Assembly (NCBI GenBank): GCA_964579435.1
Contig: CAZOGI010000003.1
Coordinates: 47,321-111,320, forward strand
DNA length: 64,000 bases
DNA from: an uncultured Planctomycetales bacterium
GTDB lineage: Bacteria > Omnitrophota > Gorgyraeia > Gygaellales > Profunditerraquicolaceae
Reading direction: 5' to 3'
Shown: positions 26,352 through 35,765 of the stretch, in pieces
Numbering within the stretch: position 1 is the first letter of the stretch
Layout: every line of letters begins with the position of its first letter
Notes under the pieces: model-generated
What the model was told of the DNA's origin: nothing
What the model saw: the letters and a program-made list of their open reading frames with translations, nothing else
The model's database searches: none
Made by a program: the position numbers and the translations under genes

Positions 26352-27396
26352 ACGCAGCCAGATCGACCGGATCGACGAACGCCTTCTGCTGCTTTTGAGC
26401 GAGCGTGCCCGTGCTTCTGCGCAGATAGCGCGGCTCAAGATCAAGGCGGGCCAGAGCGTGTACGCGCCGGACCGCGAACAGGAGGTCCTGCGGCGCGTCA
26501 TCGGGCGCAACCGGGGGCCGCTCTCGGCCAAAGCAGTGACGGCGATCTACCGGGAGATCATGTCGGCGAGCCTGGCTCTGCAGCAGACTTTAACCGTCGC
26601 CTATATGGGACCGGAGGCCAGCTTTTCCCACCTGGCGGCGCGCAAGCGGTTCGGTTCGCAGGTCAATTTCCTGGTCTGCGGCAGTATCAGCGACGTCTTT
26701 GCCAGCGTCGAGCGCGGAGGCGCCGAGTACGGCGTCGTGCCGATCGAGAATTCTGTCGAAGGGGCGGTGACCCACACCCTGGATATGTTCTTCGATTCCA
26801 GCCTGCAGATCTGCGCGCAGGTGATCCTTGACGTCGCGCACAACCTGCTGGCCAAATGCTCCCGCAGTGCCGTGCGCCGGATCTATTCTAACCCGCAGGT
26901 ATTCGGCCAGTGCCGCCGGTGGCTGCTGGAAAACCTGCCGGACGCCGAGTTGATCGAAGTTTCCAGCACGACCCGCGCCGCCCAGCTCGCCGCGAAGGAG
27001 CGGGGAGCGGCGGCGATCGCCTCGGTCCTGGCCGCTTCGGTCTACGGGTTGCGGATCCTGGAACGCGACATAGAAGATTCGCCCCATAACCAGACGCGGT
27101 TCTTGGTGATCGGCAAGACGATCGTTGCGCCGACGGGCCGGGACAAGACCTCGCTCCTCTTTTCGATCAAGGACAAGGTCGGGGCGCTGCATGAGATGCT
27201 GGTTCCGTTTAAGAAACAGGGGCTTAACCTGACCAAGATCGAGTCGCGCCCGTCGAAGCGGCGGGCGTGGGAATACTACTTTTTCGTCGATATATCCGGG
27301 CACCGTGACGAACCGCGCCTGCGCCGGGCTTTGGCGGCGCTGGAGCCGCGCTGCGGGTTCCTGAAGGTTTTGGGTTCGTATCCGGTCGGGGAGTGA
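26335..27396 (+). CDS. pheA: Bifunctional chorismate mutase / prephenate dehydratase (P-protein)
   Basis: N-terminal CM domain (RSQIDRIDERLLLLLSERA), PDT domain, C-terminal ACT domain; starts at in-frame ATG 26335. Confidence 0.85.
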   Translation: MTLRDKRSQIDRIDERLLLLLSERARASAQIARLKIKAGQSVYAPDREQEVLRRVIGRNRGPLSAKAVTAIYREIMSASLALQQTLTVAYMGPEASFSHLAARKRFGSQVNFLVCGSISDVFASVERGGAEYGVVPIENSVEGAVTHTLDMFFDSSLQICAQVILDVAHNLLAKCSRSAVRRIYSNPQVFGQCRRWLLENLPDAELIEVSSTTRAAQLAAKERGAAAIASVLAASVYGLRILERDIEDSPHNQTRFLVIGKTIVAPTGRDKTSLLFSIKDKVGALHEMLVPFKKQGLNLTKIESRPSKRRAWEYYFFVDISGHRDEPRLRRALAALEPRCGFLKVLGSYPVGE

Positions 27397-28523
27397 AAAA
27401 AGAGATGAAACGGTTGGTCCGCAAGAACGTGTTTTCGGTGAACGCCTACGTCGCCGGAAAGCCGATCGAAGAAACCAAGCGCGAGCTGAAGCTGCGCACG
27501 GTCATCAAGCTTGCTTCCAACGAGAATCCGCTGGGCGCTTCGCCGAAAGCCGTTGCGGCGATGCGCCGGGTCCTTTCCGGGGTCAACCGGTATCCGGACA
27601 GCAACAGCTTTTTCCTGAAGAGAAAGATCGCCCAGGTAAACGGTCTGTCGCCGGCGCAGGTTGTTTTGGGCAACGGTTCCGACGAGCTCATCGACGTCGT
27701 TATCAAGACGTTCGTCGAGGACGACGAGAATATCGTCACGTCGGAAGGGACCTTCCTTGAGTACGGGATCATCGCCCAGATCAACAACCGGCAGGTGAGA
27801 ACGGCGCCGCTCAAATATTTCAAATACGATCTCGAGGCGCTGCGCAGGCGCATCGACCGCAAGACCAAGCTCGTCTTTATCGCCAATCCCAACAATCCGA
27901 CCGGGACCTACGTCACGAAGACAGAGTTGAACGAGTTCCTGGATGATCTGCCGGATTCGGCGCTGGTGGTCCTCGATGAGGCCTACGATGCGTTCATCGA
28001 CGTGGCGGATTTCCCGGATAGCCTGGCGCTCCTGCGCCGCCGGGCGGTCGTTGTCCTGAAGACGTTTTCCAAGGCCTATGGGCTTGCGGGGGCGCGGCTG
28101 GGGTATGCCCTGGCGCATCCGGAGCTGGCCGGTTACCTGGAGCGGGTCAGGCAGCCGTTTAACGTCAACCTCCTGGCCCAGGCGGCGGGGCTGGCAGCGT
28201 TGGATGACCGCACCTTTCTCTCCCGGACGCGCCGCGCCGTCCTGGACGGCAAGCATTTCCTCTACGCGGAGTTTTCGAAACTCGGTCTGGCGTACGTGCC
28301 GTCGGTCGCGAATTTCATTCTCGTCGACGTCGGTCTCGACGGGGTCGCGGTCTTCAGGGAGATGCTGCGCTACGGCGTCATCGTGCGCGATATGAAACAG
28401 TACGCGCTGGGCAATTTCATACGGGTGACGGTCGGCACCAAACAGGAGAACCGCCGTTTGGTCAGGGTATTGCGGACCGTGCTGCGTAAGGTGCCGGTCC
28501 GGATCGAGGAGAATCGGGTATGA
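27393..28523 (+). CDS. hisC: Histidinol-phosphate aminotransferase
   Basis: LASNENPLG, PLP-lysine region KTFSKAYGLAGARLGY; class II aminotransferase. Confidence 0.85.
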   Translation: MKKEMKRLVRKNVFSVNAYVAGKPIEETKRELKLRTVIKLASNENPLGASPKAVAAMRRVLSGVNRYPDSNSFFLKRKIAQVNGLSPAQVVLGNGSDELIDVVIKTFVEDDENIVTSEGTFLEYGIIAQINNRQVRTAPLKYFKYDLEALRRRIDRKTKLVFIANPNNPTGTYVTKTELNEFLDDLPDSALVVLDEAYDAFIDVADFPDSLALLRRRAVVVLKTFSKAYGLAGARLGYALAHPELAGYLERVRQPFNVNLLAQAAGLAALDDRTFLSRTRRAVLDGKHFLYAEFSKLGLAYVPSVANFILVDVGLDGVAVFREMLRYGVIVRDMKQYALGNFIRVTVGTKQENRRLVRVLRTVLRKVPVRIEENRV

Positions 28524-29536
28524 TTATCGTTCTTCGGCCTGAAGCGACACAAGAACAGGTGGATCACATTCTGGAGAAGGTCAAGAAACTCGGCCTGACT
28601 CCCCATATTTCTCAAGGCACCCAGCGCACGATTATCGGTGTCATCGGGCCCGAGGATGTTCTGCGGGTCACGCCCCTGGATGTCTTTCCCGGCGTCGAGA
28701 CGGTCATGCCGGTGCTTGCGCCGTACAAGTTGGTTTCGCGAGAATTCAAGAAAGAGCCGTCGCTCATTACCGTGGGCAAAGGCGTGGTCATCGGCGGCGC
28801 GCAGATCGTGGTGATGGGGGGGCCCTGTGCCGTCGAGAACGAACGGGTCCTGAGGGAGATCGCGCTTGAACTCAAGAAGAGCGGCTGCTCGGTGCTGCGC
28901 GGCGGGGCGTTTAAGCCGCGAACCTCCCCGTACAGCTTCCAGGGTTTGGGCGAGGATGGATTGAAGATGCTGCAGGCGGTCGCCGGAGAACTCGGGATGG
29001 TTACCATAACCGAGGTCATGGATCCGCGCGACGTCGGATTGGTCGAGCGCTACGTCGATATGCTGCAGATCGGCGCGCGCAATATGCAGAATTTCAATCT
29101 GCTTAAGGAAGTGGGCCTGCAGCAGAAGCCGGTCCTGTTGAAGCGCGGCCTCGCCAATACCGTCAAAGAGCTCCTCATGTCCGCGGAGTACATTCTCTCC
29201 GGGGGCAATTTTAATGTTTGCCTCTGCGAACGGGGGATCCGCACCTTCGAGGAGGCGACGCGCAACACCCTGGACATCAGCGCCGTGCCGGTCGTCAAAC
29301 AACTCTCGCATCTGCCGATCGTCGTCGATCCGAGCCACGCCGCCGGCAAGTGGGGACTGGTGGCGCCGCTTTCCAAGGCAGCGGTCGCCTGCGGGGCGGA
29401 TGGTCTGATCATCGAGGTGCACACCCGTCCGGAAGAGGCTCTTTCCGACGGATCGCAGTCGCTCCTGCCCGAGAATTTCGCCTCTCTGATGCGGGACCTG
29501 CAAGCCATCGCCGCCGCGTGCGGGCGCTCCCTGTAA
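28520..29536 (+). CDS. 3-deoxy-7-phosphoheptulonate (DAHP) synthase, type I-beta with N-terminal ferredoxin-like regulatory domain
   Basis: N-terminal FL/ACT-like domain then KDO8P/DAHP-synthase TIM-barrel motifs (GPCAVE, RGGAFKPRTSPYSFQG, KRG). Confidence 0.8.
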   Translation: MIIVLRPEATQEQVDHILEKVKKLGLTPHISQGTQRTIIGVIGPEDVLRVTPLDVFPGVETVMPVLAPYKLVSREFKKEPSLITVGKGVVIGGAQIVVMGGPCAVENERVLREIALELKKSGCSVLRGGAFKPRTSPYSFQGLGEDGLKMLQAVAGELGMVTITEVMDPRDVGLVERYVDMLQIGARNMQNFNLLKEVGLQQKPVLLKRGLANTVKELLMSAEYILSGGNFNVCLCERGIRTFEEATRNTLDISAVPVVKQLSHLPIVVDPSHAAGKWGLVAPLSKAAVACGADGLIIEVHTRPEEALSDGSQSLLPENFASLMRDLQAIAAACGRSL

Positions 29537-29541
29537 GGCCC

Positions 29542-30401
29542 ATGGCCAAGAATACGGTTCTTTTCGACACCCTCGCGATCGTCGGTACCGGGCTTATCGG
29601 CGGCTCGATCGCCCTCGCTGCCCGTCGCCGGGGACTGGTCAGGCGGATAACCGGGATCTGCCGCAGCCAGAAGAGCGTTTCGTTCGCTCTTTCGCGCGGG
29701 ATCATCGATTCCGGTTCGCGCGACCTCTCCGCGGTGCGGCAGGCCGATCTGGTCGTCTTCGCGGCGCCGGTCGGCTCCCTGGCGTCCCTGGCGCGCGCCG
29801 CCCGGCAGTATATCAAGCCCGGCGCTCTGGTCACCGATGTCGGGAGCACGAAAGCGGCAGTGGTCAAGGCGTTCTCACGCCTCTATCCGGGATACGTCGG
29901 TTCTCATCCGCTTGCCGGCTCGGAGAAGAAAGGCTCGGCATTCGCCCGCCCGGATCTTTTTCGGGATTCCCTGTGTATCCTGACGCCGCACCGGGGCTGC
30001 GACCGGCAAGCGCGGGCGCGGATCCGGTCGTTCTGGAGCGGGTTGGGGGCGAGGGTGGTCGCAATGAGTGCGTCCCGCCACGACCGGTTGCTCTCGTTTT
30101 CCTGCCTCATGCCGCGGCGTTCGCGCTCATGAACACGATGCCGCAGCCGGCGCTGCGCTATGCGGCGGGAGGGCTGCGGGATACGACCCGTATCGCCGAT
30201 TCGGACGGGACGTTGTGGACGGATATTTTCCTGAGCAACCGCAGTGAGCTGGCCGCTGCGCTTGGCCGGTTCCAGGGGGAACTGGCGCGCCTGAAAGCGG
30301 CGGTTTGCGCGCAGGACCGGCGGGCTCTCCGGAGCCTGTTGAAGCGGGCGCAAACACAGCGCAGCCGCCTAACGGTGCGCGCGCGGAGCGCTTCACGATG
30401 A
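29542..30401 (+). pseudogene. tyrA: Prephenate dehydrogenase (tyrA) interrupted by a frameshift near 30085-30095 (T4 run); N-terminal part in one frame (stop at 30132), C-terminal part (LPHAAAFAL...WTDIFLSN) in another frame ending at 30401
   Basis: Rossmann GTGLIGGS and HPLAGSEKKG in the first frame; the conserved HLPH...FRD...IA.SDP.LW.DIF block continues only in the -1 frame; possibly a sequencing indel at the homopolymer. Confidence 0.6.
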
Positions 30402-31081
30402 TCATTGCCATTGACGGGCCTGCCGGAGCCGGCAAGAGCACGGTTGCGCGGCTCCTGGCCCAAGAGCTCGGATTCCTCTATATCGATACCGGAGCGATGT
30501 ACCGGGCATTGACCCTGAAGGCGCTGGATACCAACACGCCTCTCGACGATCCCGATGCATTGGTGCGTCTGGCCCGGGGGACGGATGTGCGCTTGCGCGC
30601 GCTCCCCGACGGTTCGCTGCAGGTCTTCCTTGACGGTTCGCAGGTGACTGCCGCGATACGCCAGCCGCGCGTCACCCGCTTTGTTTCCGACGTCGCCAAG
30701 GTGGGGGGCGTACGGGAAGTGTTGGTCCAGCTGCAGCGTTCTCTCGGCCGCAGCACGAATGCGGTTCTCGACGGCCGGGATATCGGGACGGTCGTCTTTC
30801 CCGACGCGGATATAAAATTTTTCATCGACGCCGATTTCAAGGAGCGGGTGCAGCGGCGGTATAAGGAGCTGGTGCAGGCCGGCGTGAGCGTTTCGCGCGC
30901 CGACGTCTCCGCGGACCTGGCTAACCGAGACACGATCGATTCCAGCCGCGCCTGCTCACCGCTGCGCAAGGCCTCCGACGCGATCACCATCGATACCACG
31001 TCCCTTTCGATCCCCGCGGTCGTCGAAGCGATGCGCCGGCACCTTAAGCTTTCCGCCGGCAAGGACGCCCCCGGCCCGTGA
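30398..31081 (+). CDS. cmk: Cytidylate kinase
   Basis: MIIAIDGPAGAGKSTVARLLA P-loop; ATGA overlap with the tyrA stop. Confidence 0.9.
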   Translation: MIIAIDGPAGAGKSTVARLLAQELGFLYIDTGAMYRALTLKALDTNTPLDDPDALVRLARGTDVRLRALPDGSLQVFLDGSQVTAAIRQPRVTRFVSDVAKVGGVREVLVQLQRSLGRSTNAVLDGRDIGTVVFPDADIKFFIDADFKERVQRRYKELVQAGVSVSRADVSADLANRDTIDSSRACSPLRKASDAITIDTTSLSIPAVVEAMRRHLKLSAGKDAPGP

Positions 31082-32886
31082 ACCCGATGGATACCTCCCG
31101 CATCCGCAATTTCAGCATCATCGCCCACATCGACCACGGAAAATCGACGCTCGCCGACCGTATCCTGGAGGTGACCGGCGCGGTCGATCGCAAGCACAAG
31201 GGTGCCCAGCTCCTGGACGACATGGAGCTGGAGAAAGAGCGCGGCATCACCATCAAGGCTTCGATGGTGCGCCTGCTCTTCAAGAGCCCCGCGCGCGCTC
31301 AGGAGTATATCTTCAATCTCATCGACACCCCCGGGCACGTCGATTTCAGCTACGAGGTCTCCAAGTCCTTGGCCGCCTGCGAAGGCGCGGTCCTGGTGGT
31401 GGACGCGGGCCAGGGGATCGAGGCGCAGACGGTGGCCAACTACTACCTTGCCAAGGATCAAGGGCTGGTGGTCATCCCGGTCATCAACAAGATCGACCTG
31501 AGCTCTGCCGATGTGCCGCGGGTCAAGGAGCAGCTCTGCAGCGTCCTGGGTTTCACCGAAGAGGAGATCATCCTGGCCTCAGCCAAGGACGGTACCGGCA
31601 TCGTCGAGATACTCGAGCGCATCATTGAATCGGTCCCGGCGCCTTCCGGGGAGCCGGCCAATGCCCTCAAGGCCCTGGTATTTGACAGCCGCTTCGACGC
31701 CTACAAGGGGGTCGTGACGTATGTGCGGGTGGTCGAGGGGTTGATCACGCCCAAGACCCCGATCAAGATGATGCATTCCGCCGCGGACTATAAGATAGAG
31801 GAGTTAGGGGTGTTCCAGGACCTGAAATATACGCGCGTGGATTCGCTCACCTGCGGGGAGGTCGGTTATTTTACGGCCAACATACGCGACCCGCGCGAGA
31901 TCGTCATCGGCGATACGATGACCGATACGGATAACCCCTGCGCCGAGGCGCTGCCCGGGTACCGGACGCTCAAGCCGCTCGTCTTTTGCGGGGTCTATCC
32001 GGTCAATCCCGGTGATTTCCCGAGCCTGCGCGACGCGATGGACAAACTGAAGCTCTCCGACGCCTCGTTCGTCTTCGAGCCGGAAAATTCACAGTCTTTC
32101 GGCACGGGATTCCGCTGCGGATTCCTGGGTTTGCTGCATATGGAGATCGTCCAGGAGCGCCTGGAGCGCGAATACGACCTGAATCTGGTCCTGACCGTCC
32201 CCAACGTCGTCTATCGCATCCAGACCACGGACGGCCGGATGCAGGAGGTCGATACGCCCGCGCGCTATCCCGCCCCCCAGGATATCGCCGAGGTCCATGA
32301 GCCGTTCGTGAAGCTGCTGATGATCATTCCGGTGGAATCCATCGAGGTCGTCTGTGATTTCACCAAGGCCCGGCGCGGCACCTTCGTTTCCAGCGAGTAC
32401 CTCAGTGAAGACCGCGTGAAGCTCATTTTTACCCTGCCGCTCTCCGAGATCATCGTCGATTTCTATGACCGGATCAAGTCGATGACCCGCGGCTACGGCT
32501 CGATCGATTATGAATTCACCGAATACGTCCCGACCAGGATCGTGCGGCTGGACGTGTTGCTCAACGGCGTGATGTGCGATGCCTTCTCCTGTCTCATCCA
32601 TAAAGAGAAGGCTTCGGCGAAGGCGCATGCGCTGGTCTCCAAGCTCCGCGAGCTCATCCCGCGCCAGCTCTTCGAGATCTCGGTGCAGGCGGCGATCGGA
32701 ACGCAGGTCATCGCCTCGGAGCGCATCCGCTCGGTCGGCAAGGCGGTTACCGCCAAATGCTACGGCGGCGATATTACCCGCAAGCGTAAGCTCTGGGACG
32801 AACAGAAGAAGGGTAAGAAACGGCTCAAACAGTTCGGTCGGGTGGAGATTCCGCAGGAAGCATTCCTGGAGGTCTTGAAGATATGA
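31078..32886 (+). CDS. lepA: Elongation factor 4 (LepA)
   Basis: IRNFSIIAHIDHGKSTLADR G domain and LepA-specific C-terminal domain; 602 aa. Confidence 0.95.
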   Translation: MNPMDTSRIRNFSIIAHIDHGKSTLADRILEVTGAVDRKHKGAQLLDDMELEKERGITIKASMVRLLFKSPARAQEYIFNLIDTPGHVDFSYEVSKSLAACEGAVLVVDAGQGIEAQTVANYYLAKDQGLVVIPVINKIDLSSADVPRVKEQLCSVLGFTEEEIILASAKDGTGIVEILERIIESVPAPSGEPANALKALVFDSRFDAYKGVVTYVRVVEGLITPKTPIKMMHSAADYKIEELGVFQDLKYTRVDSLTCGEVGYFTANIRDPREIVIGDTMTDTDNPCAEALPGYRTLKPLVFCGVYPVNPGDFPSLRDAMDKLKLSDASFVFEPENSQSFGTGFRCGFLGLLHMEIVQERLEREYDLNLVLTVPNVVYRIQTTDGRMQEVDTPARYPAPQDIAEVHEPFVKLLMIIPVESIEVVCDFTKARRGTFVSSEYLSEDRVKLIFTLPLSEIIVDFYDRIKSMTRGYGSIDYEFTEYVPTRIVRLDVLLNGVMCDAFSCLIHKEKASAKAHALVSKLRELIPRQLFEISVQAAIGTQVIASERIRSVGKAVTAKCYGGDITRKRKLWDEQKKGKKRLKQFGRVEIPQEAFLEVLKI

Positions 32887-33761
32887 CAAAGAAAACACTG
32901 CGGCAGCGGGAACAGGATTTTTGGACTCAGGCGCTTTCTTTTGCCGACGCGGTCCAGGAGGTCTATCGCACGGCTGCGCCCGATGCCGTGCCGGTGCGCC
33001 TGCGGCAGCGGGCGGAGGGTTCGATCGCGCTTTTGCATACGATCGAGCGTCGCAAGTTCCTTCCCGCGTATGAAGAGCTGCGCACCATCGTCGACGGGTT
33101 GGTGAAGCTGCGGCGCAAGTCCCCGCAGCTGGCGGAGAGGCTCGATGCGCTCCTGGTCCGCGCCGAGTCGATCCAGCACGACGTGACGCCGCTCGTCTGG
33201 CGCCGGGTGGCGCGCGAATGGTTCGATGCCATCGTGGTGGCGCTGGTCCTGGCCGCCATCGTGCGCCATTTCGGGGTACAGGCATTCAAGATCCCGACCG
33301 GTTCCATGAAAATGACGCTTATCGAGAACGATATAATCCTGGTCAACAAGTTCATCTACGGGGTCACGGTGCCGTTTACCCGCTGGTCGATCCCGGCGCT
33401 GCGCGAGCCGGCGCGGGGGGACGTGATCGTCTTTCGCTCGCCCGTTGACCCGAAGAAAGACTTTATCAAGCGCGTCGTGGGCCTGCCCGGGGAGACGGTT
33501 TCCATCCGCAGCGGCACCATTTATATCGACGGGAAGCCGCTCCTTGATCCGCAGTTCACGCAGCGTTTCTATTACAACAACGGGGACTACGCGGCCGAAG
33601 GCCAGGAGGTTATCGTTCCCGCGGACGGTTTGTTCGTGCTGGGGGACAATTCCCGCTCCTCCCAGGATAGCCGGTTCTGGGGATTCGTTCCGCGCGGCAA
33701 CGTTCTGGGTAAAGCCCTGGTCATCTACTGGCCTCCGCAGCGCTTGAGGATCATCAAGTGA
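32883..33761 (+). CDS. lepB: Signal peptidase I (LepB) with extended N-terminal region
   Basis: Catalytic Ser box IPTGSMKMTL and Lys box GDNSRSSQDSRFWGFVP; directly follows lepA. Confidence 0.8.
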   Translation: MTKKTLRQREQDFWTQALSFADAVQEVYRTAAPDAVPVRLRQRAEGSIALLHTIERRKFLPAYEELRTIVDGLVKLRRKSPQLAERLDALLVRAESIQHDVTPLVWRRVAREWFDAIVVALVLAAIVRHFGVQAFKIPTGSMKMTLIENDIILVNKFIYGVTVPFTRWSIPALREPARGDVIVFRSPVDPKKDFIKRVVGLPGETVSIRSGTIYIDGKPLLDPQFTQRFYYNNGDYAAEGQEVIVPADGLFVLGDNSRSSQDSRFWGFVPRGNVLGKALVIYWPPQRLRIIK

Positions 33762-34321
33762 ATTTCGCCAACAAGATATCGACGTTCCGTATCCTGACCG
33801 TCCCTTTTTTCATCGCCAGCCTCATTTACTATTCCGCGCAACGTCCGCACCTGCGGTGGCTGGCCCTGGGGATCTTTCTCCTGGGGGTCGTCTCCGACGC
33901 AGTCGACGGCTATATCGCGCGCAAGGCCAAACAGCAGTCCAAGGCCGGGTTGGTCCTGGATCCCCTGGGGGACAAGCTGCTCCTCATGGGGGCGTTCATT
34001 TTCCTTTCGCCCCTGAGCAAGCTGGAGCTGACCTTCCCGACGTGGGTGACGCTGACGGTCATCAGCCGCGACGCGATCATCCTGATCGGGGCGATGGTCA
34101 TCTTTATCGTGAAGCAGGATATCAATATCCACCCGACCCGGTGGGGGAAGCTCACGACCATTTTCCAGATGCTCTCGGTGATTGTCCTGCTGCTGCAGTC
34201 GCCGCTGGCGCGCCCGTTGTGGTGCATCGCCGCATTCTTTACCGTTTTTTCCGGTCTTGATTACGTGCGCAGGGGGTTTCAGATACTGTATGCTGCGGAT
34301 CATCCTCGGGATAGCCGGTAG
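33758..34321 (+). CDS. pgsA: CDP-diacylglycerol--glycerol-3-phosphate 3-phosphatidyltransferase (CDP-alcohol phosphatidyltransferase family)
   Basis: DAVDGYIARKAKQQSKAGLVLDPLGDKLL is the CDP-OH phosphotransferase signature; GTG start overlaps the lepB stop. Confidence 0.8.
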   Translation: MNFANKISTFRILTVPFFIASLIYYSAQRPHLRWLALGIFLLGVVSDAVDGYIARKAKQQSKAGLVLDPLGDKLLLMGAFIFLSPLSKLELTFPTWVTLTVISRDAIILIGAMVIFIVKQDINIHPTRWGKLTTIFQMLSVIVLLLQSPLARPLWCIAAFFTVFSGLDYVRRGFQILYAADHPRDSR

Positions 34322-34928
34322 TTACCTGATCGGTTCGATTCCGACGGGATATCTCTTCGCCCGAATCCTCAGGGGCATCGATATCCGTCAATTCGGTTCC
34401 GGCAATGTCGGCGCGACGAACGTGATGCGCTGTGTCGGTCTCGGCCCGGGACTGCTGGTGCTGGCGCTGGATGCGCTCAAGGGGTATGCCTGCGTTTCCG
34501 GGGTGGCCTCCGCGGTGTTCTCCCGGTCGGTCCCTCTTGCCGAAGAGCCGCTGCGTGTCATTCTCGGGGTGGCGGCGATAGCCGGGCACAACTGGACGCT
34601 TTTTCTGGGGTTCAAAGGAGGAAAAGGGGTCGCGACGACCCTGGGGGTTTTGATCGGCCTGGCCGTGGTTGTCCCTGGATTCGCCCGGGTCCTGGGAGCA
34701 ACACTGGGTTTCTGGTGTCTTGTTTTTGTTTCTTCCCGCATTGTTTCGCTCTCTTCCCTGGTTGCCGCAGTCGCGCTCCCCGTTTGTGCGTTTATTTTCA
34801 GGGTCTCTGTATTCCTTCAGGTGACCTGTCTGCTCCTGTGTGTATTCGTCGTTTTGCGTCATTTGCCGAATATCGCACGCCTGCGGCAGGGGACCGAGAA
34901 GCGCATCACCTTCAAGAAAAACCGTTAG
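34290..34928 (+). CDS. plsY: Glycerol-3-phosphate acyltransferase PlsY
   Basis: GSIPTGYLFAR...GSGNVGATNVMR...HNWTLFLGFKGGKGVAT are PlsY motifs; in-frame ATG 34290. Confidence 0.85.
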   Translation: MLRIILGIAGSYLIGSIPTGYLFARILRGIDIRQFGSGNVGATNVMRCVGLGPGLLVLALDALKGYACVSGVASAVFSRSVPLAEEPLRVILGVAAIAGHNWTLFLGFKGGKGVATTLGVLIGLAVVVPGFARVLGATLGFWCLVFVSSRIVSLSSLVAAVALPVCAFIFRVSVFLQVTCLLLCVFVVLRHLPNIARLRQGTEKRITFKKNR

Positions 34929-35138
34929 CCGTTCTTCTTCCCGTCGAGCCTCCGGTGTTTTCCCGCAGTGAAAACGCTTTCCCGTTCGCTCTGTTTGCGT
35001 CTTGAAATGCAAGCAGTTATGAGAAATACTTTAAGCGGAAAATGGAGCTTCACGAGAAAGGCAAATCGTTCGTCCGGGATGGCGAATGAGGCGCAAAGCC
35101 AAGGATCCCCACCAGCCACAGGAGCATCACCGGGGATA

Positions 35139-35187
35139 GCCGGGTTGCCGAAGGAATCATTTAGAAAATGGGCAACCCGGCTTTTTA
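35139..35187 (+). terminator. Intrinsic terminator (11-bp stem GCCGGGTTGCC...GGCAACCCGGC plus TTTTT) downstream of plsY
   Basis: Perfect 11-bp inverted repeat with a 21-nt loop and T-run. Confidence 0.45.
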
Positions 35188-35205
35188 TAAGGTCTCTAGA
35201 CTGAG

Positions 35206-35544
35206 ATGAAAACGCTGCTTTACAGGAAGATTACTTCTGCCGATTTGATGAAACGGCGTATCGCCTGCTGCGAGCTGTCGGACGCTCAGGGAATTCACAG
35301 CGCTATCCGCAGGCACTTCGTCTACATGGTGAAGGAAGTGGCCGAGGCGCCCGCGGAAAACCAGCTCCCGAGAGTTACGATCTTGCGCCAGCGAGATACG
35401 CGGATGCATAGAGAGCGTTTCTTGTGCAGGGTCAAGGGTGTGGTGTACGTTTCGGGAAACGAGAAAAAATTGAAAGTTTCTTTCATTCATTCTTTGGCGA
35501 TCGATCTTTCGCTTTCTGAAAAGAAAGTATTAGATGTCGCTTGA
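35206..35544 (+). CDS. Hypothetical protein (112 aa) in a lower-GC islet
   Basis: ORF with no recognisable motifs; immediately upstream of the fimbrial-like operon promoter. Confidence 0.3.
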   Translation: MKTLLYRKITSADLMKRRIACCELSDAQGIHSAIRRHFVYMVKEVAEAPAENQLPRVTILRQRDTRMHRERFLCRVKGVVYVSGNEKKLKVSFIHSLAIDLSLSEKKVLDVA

Positions 35545-35711
35545 CAAGAGAGAGGAGAAAGAGTAAACTTACTTAAGACTTTGAAAAACGATTAATGCCG
35601 GTCGCCTTGGTGTGGAGGGCATCAAGGCAAGCCACGAATATACTAGCCGGATTGACTTTAAAAGGGTCAGTCCGGCTTTGTCTTTTGAAGGACTCAGATC
35701 TGAGAAATGCT

Positions 35712-35740
35712 TTGACAGTGTTTAAGCGGCGAGATATAGT
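35712..35740 (+). promoter_or_regulatory. Sigma70-like promoter TTGACA-17nt-TATAGT driving the fimbrial-like operon
   Basis: Consensus -35 and good -10, 26 nt upstream of the RBS AAAGGAGGGGGG and ATG 35766. Confidence 0.4.
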
Positions 35741-35765
35741 ACCCCTGACAAAAAGGAGGGGGGAA

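Noticed and set aside
29973-30401. ORF-track entry 29973..30401 as an independent 142-aa gene
   Set aside because: It is the out-of-frame C-terminal half of tyrA (WTDIFLSN block). It is treated as part of a frameshifted tyrA rather than as a separate gene.
34929-35765. Lower-GC islet between plsY and the fimbrial-like operon, considered as a possible mobile-element remnant or genomic-island boundary
   Set aside because: There are no integrase or transposase genes, direct repeats or tRNA at this junction. The content is explained by terminators, a promoter and one short hypothetical ORF.
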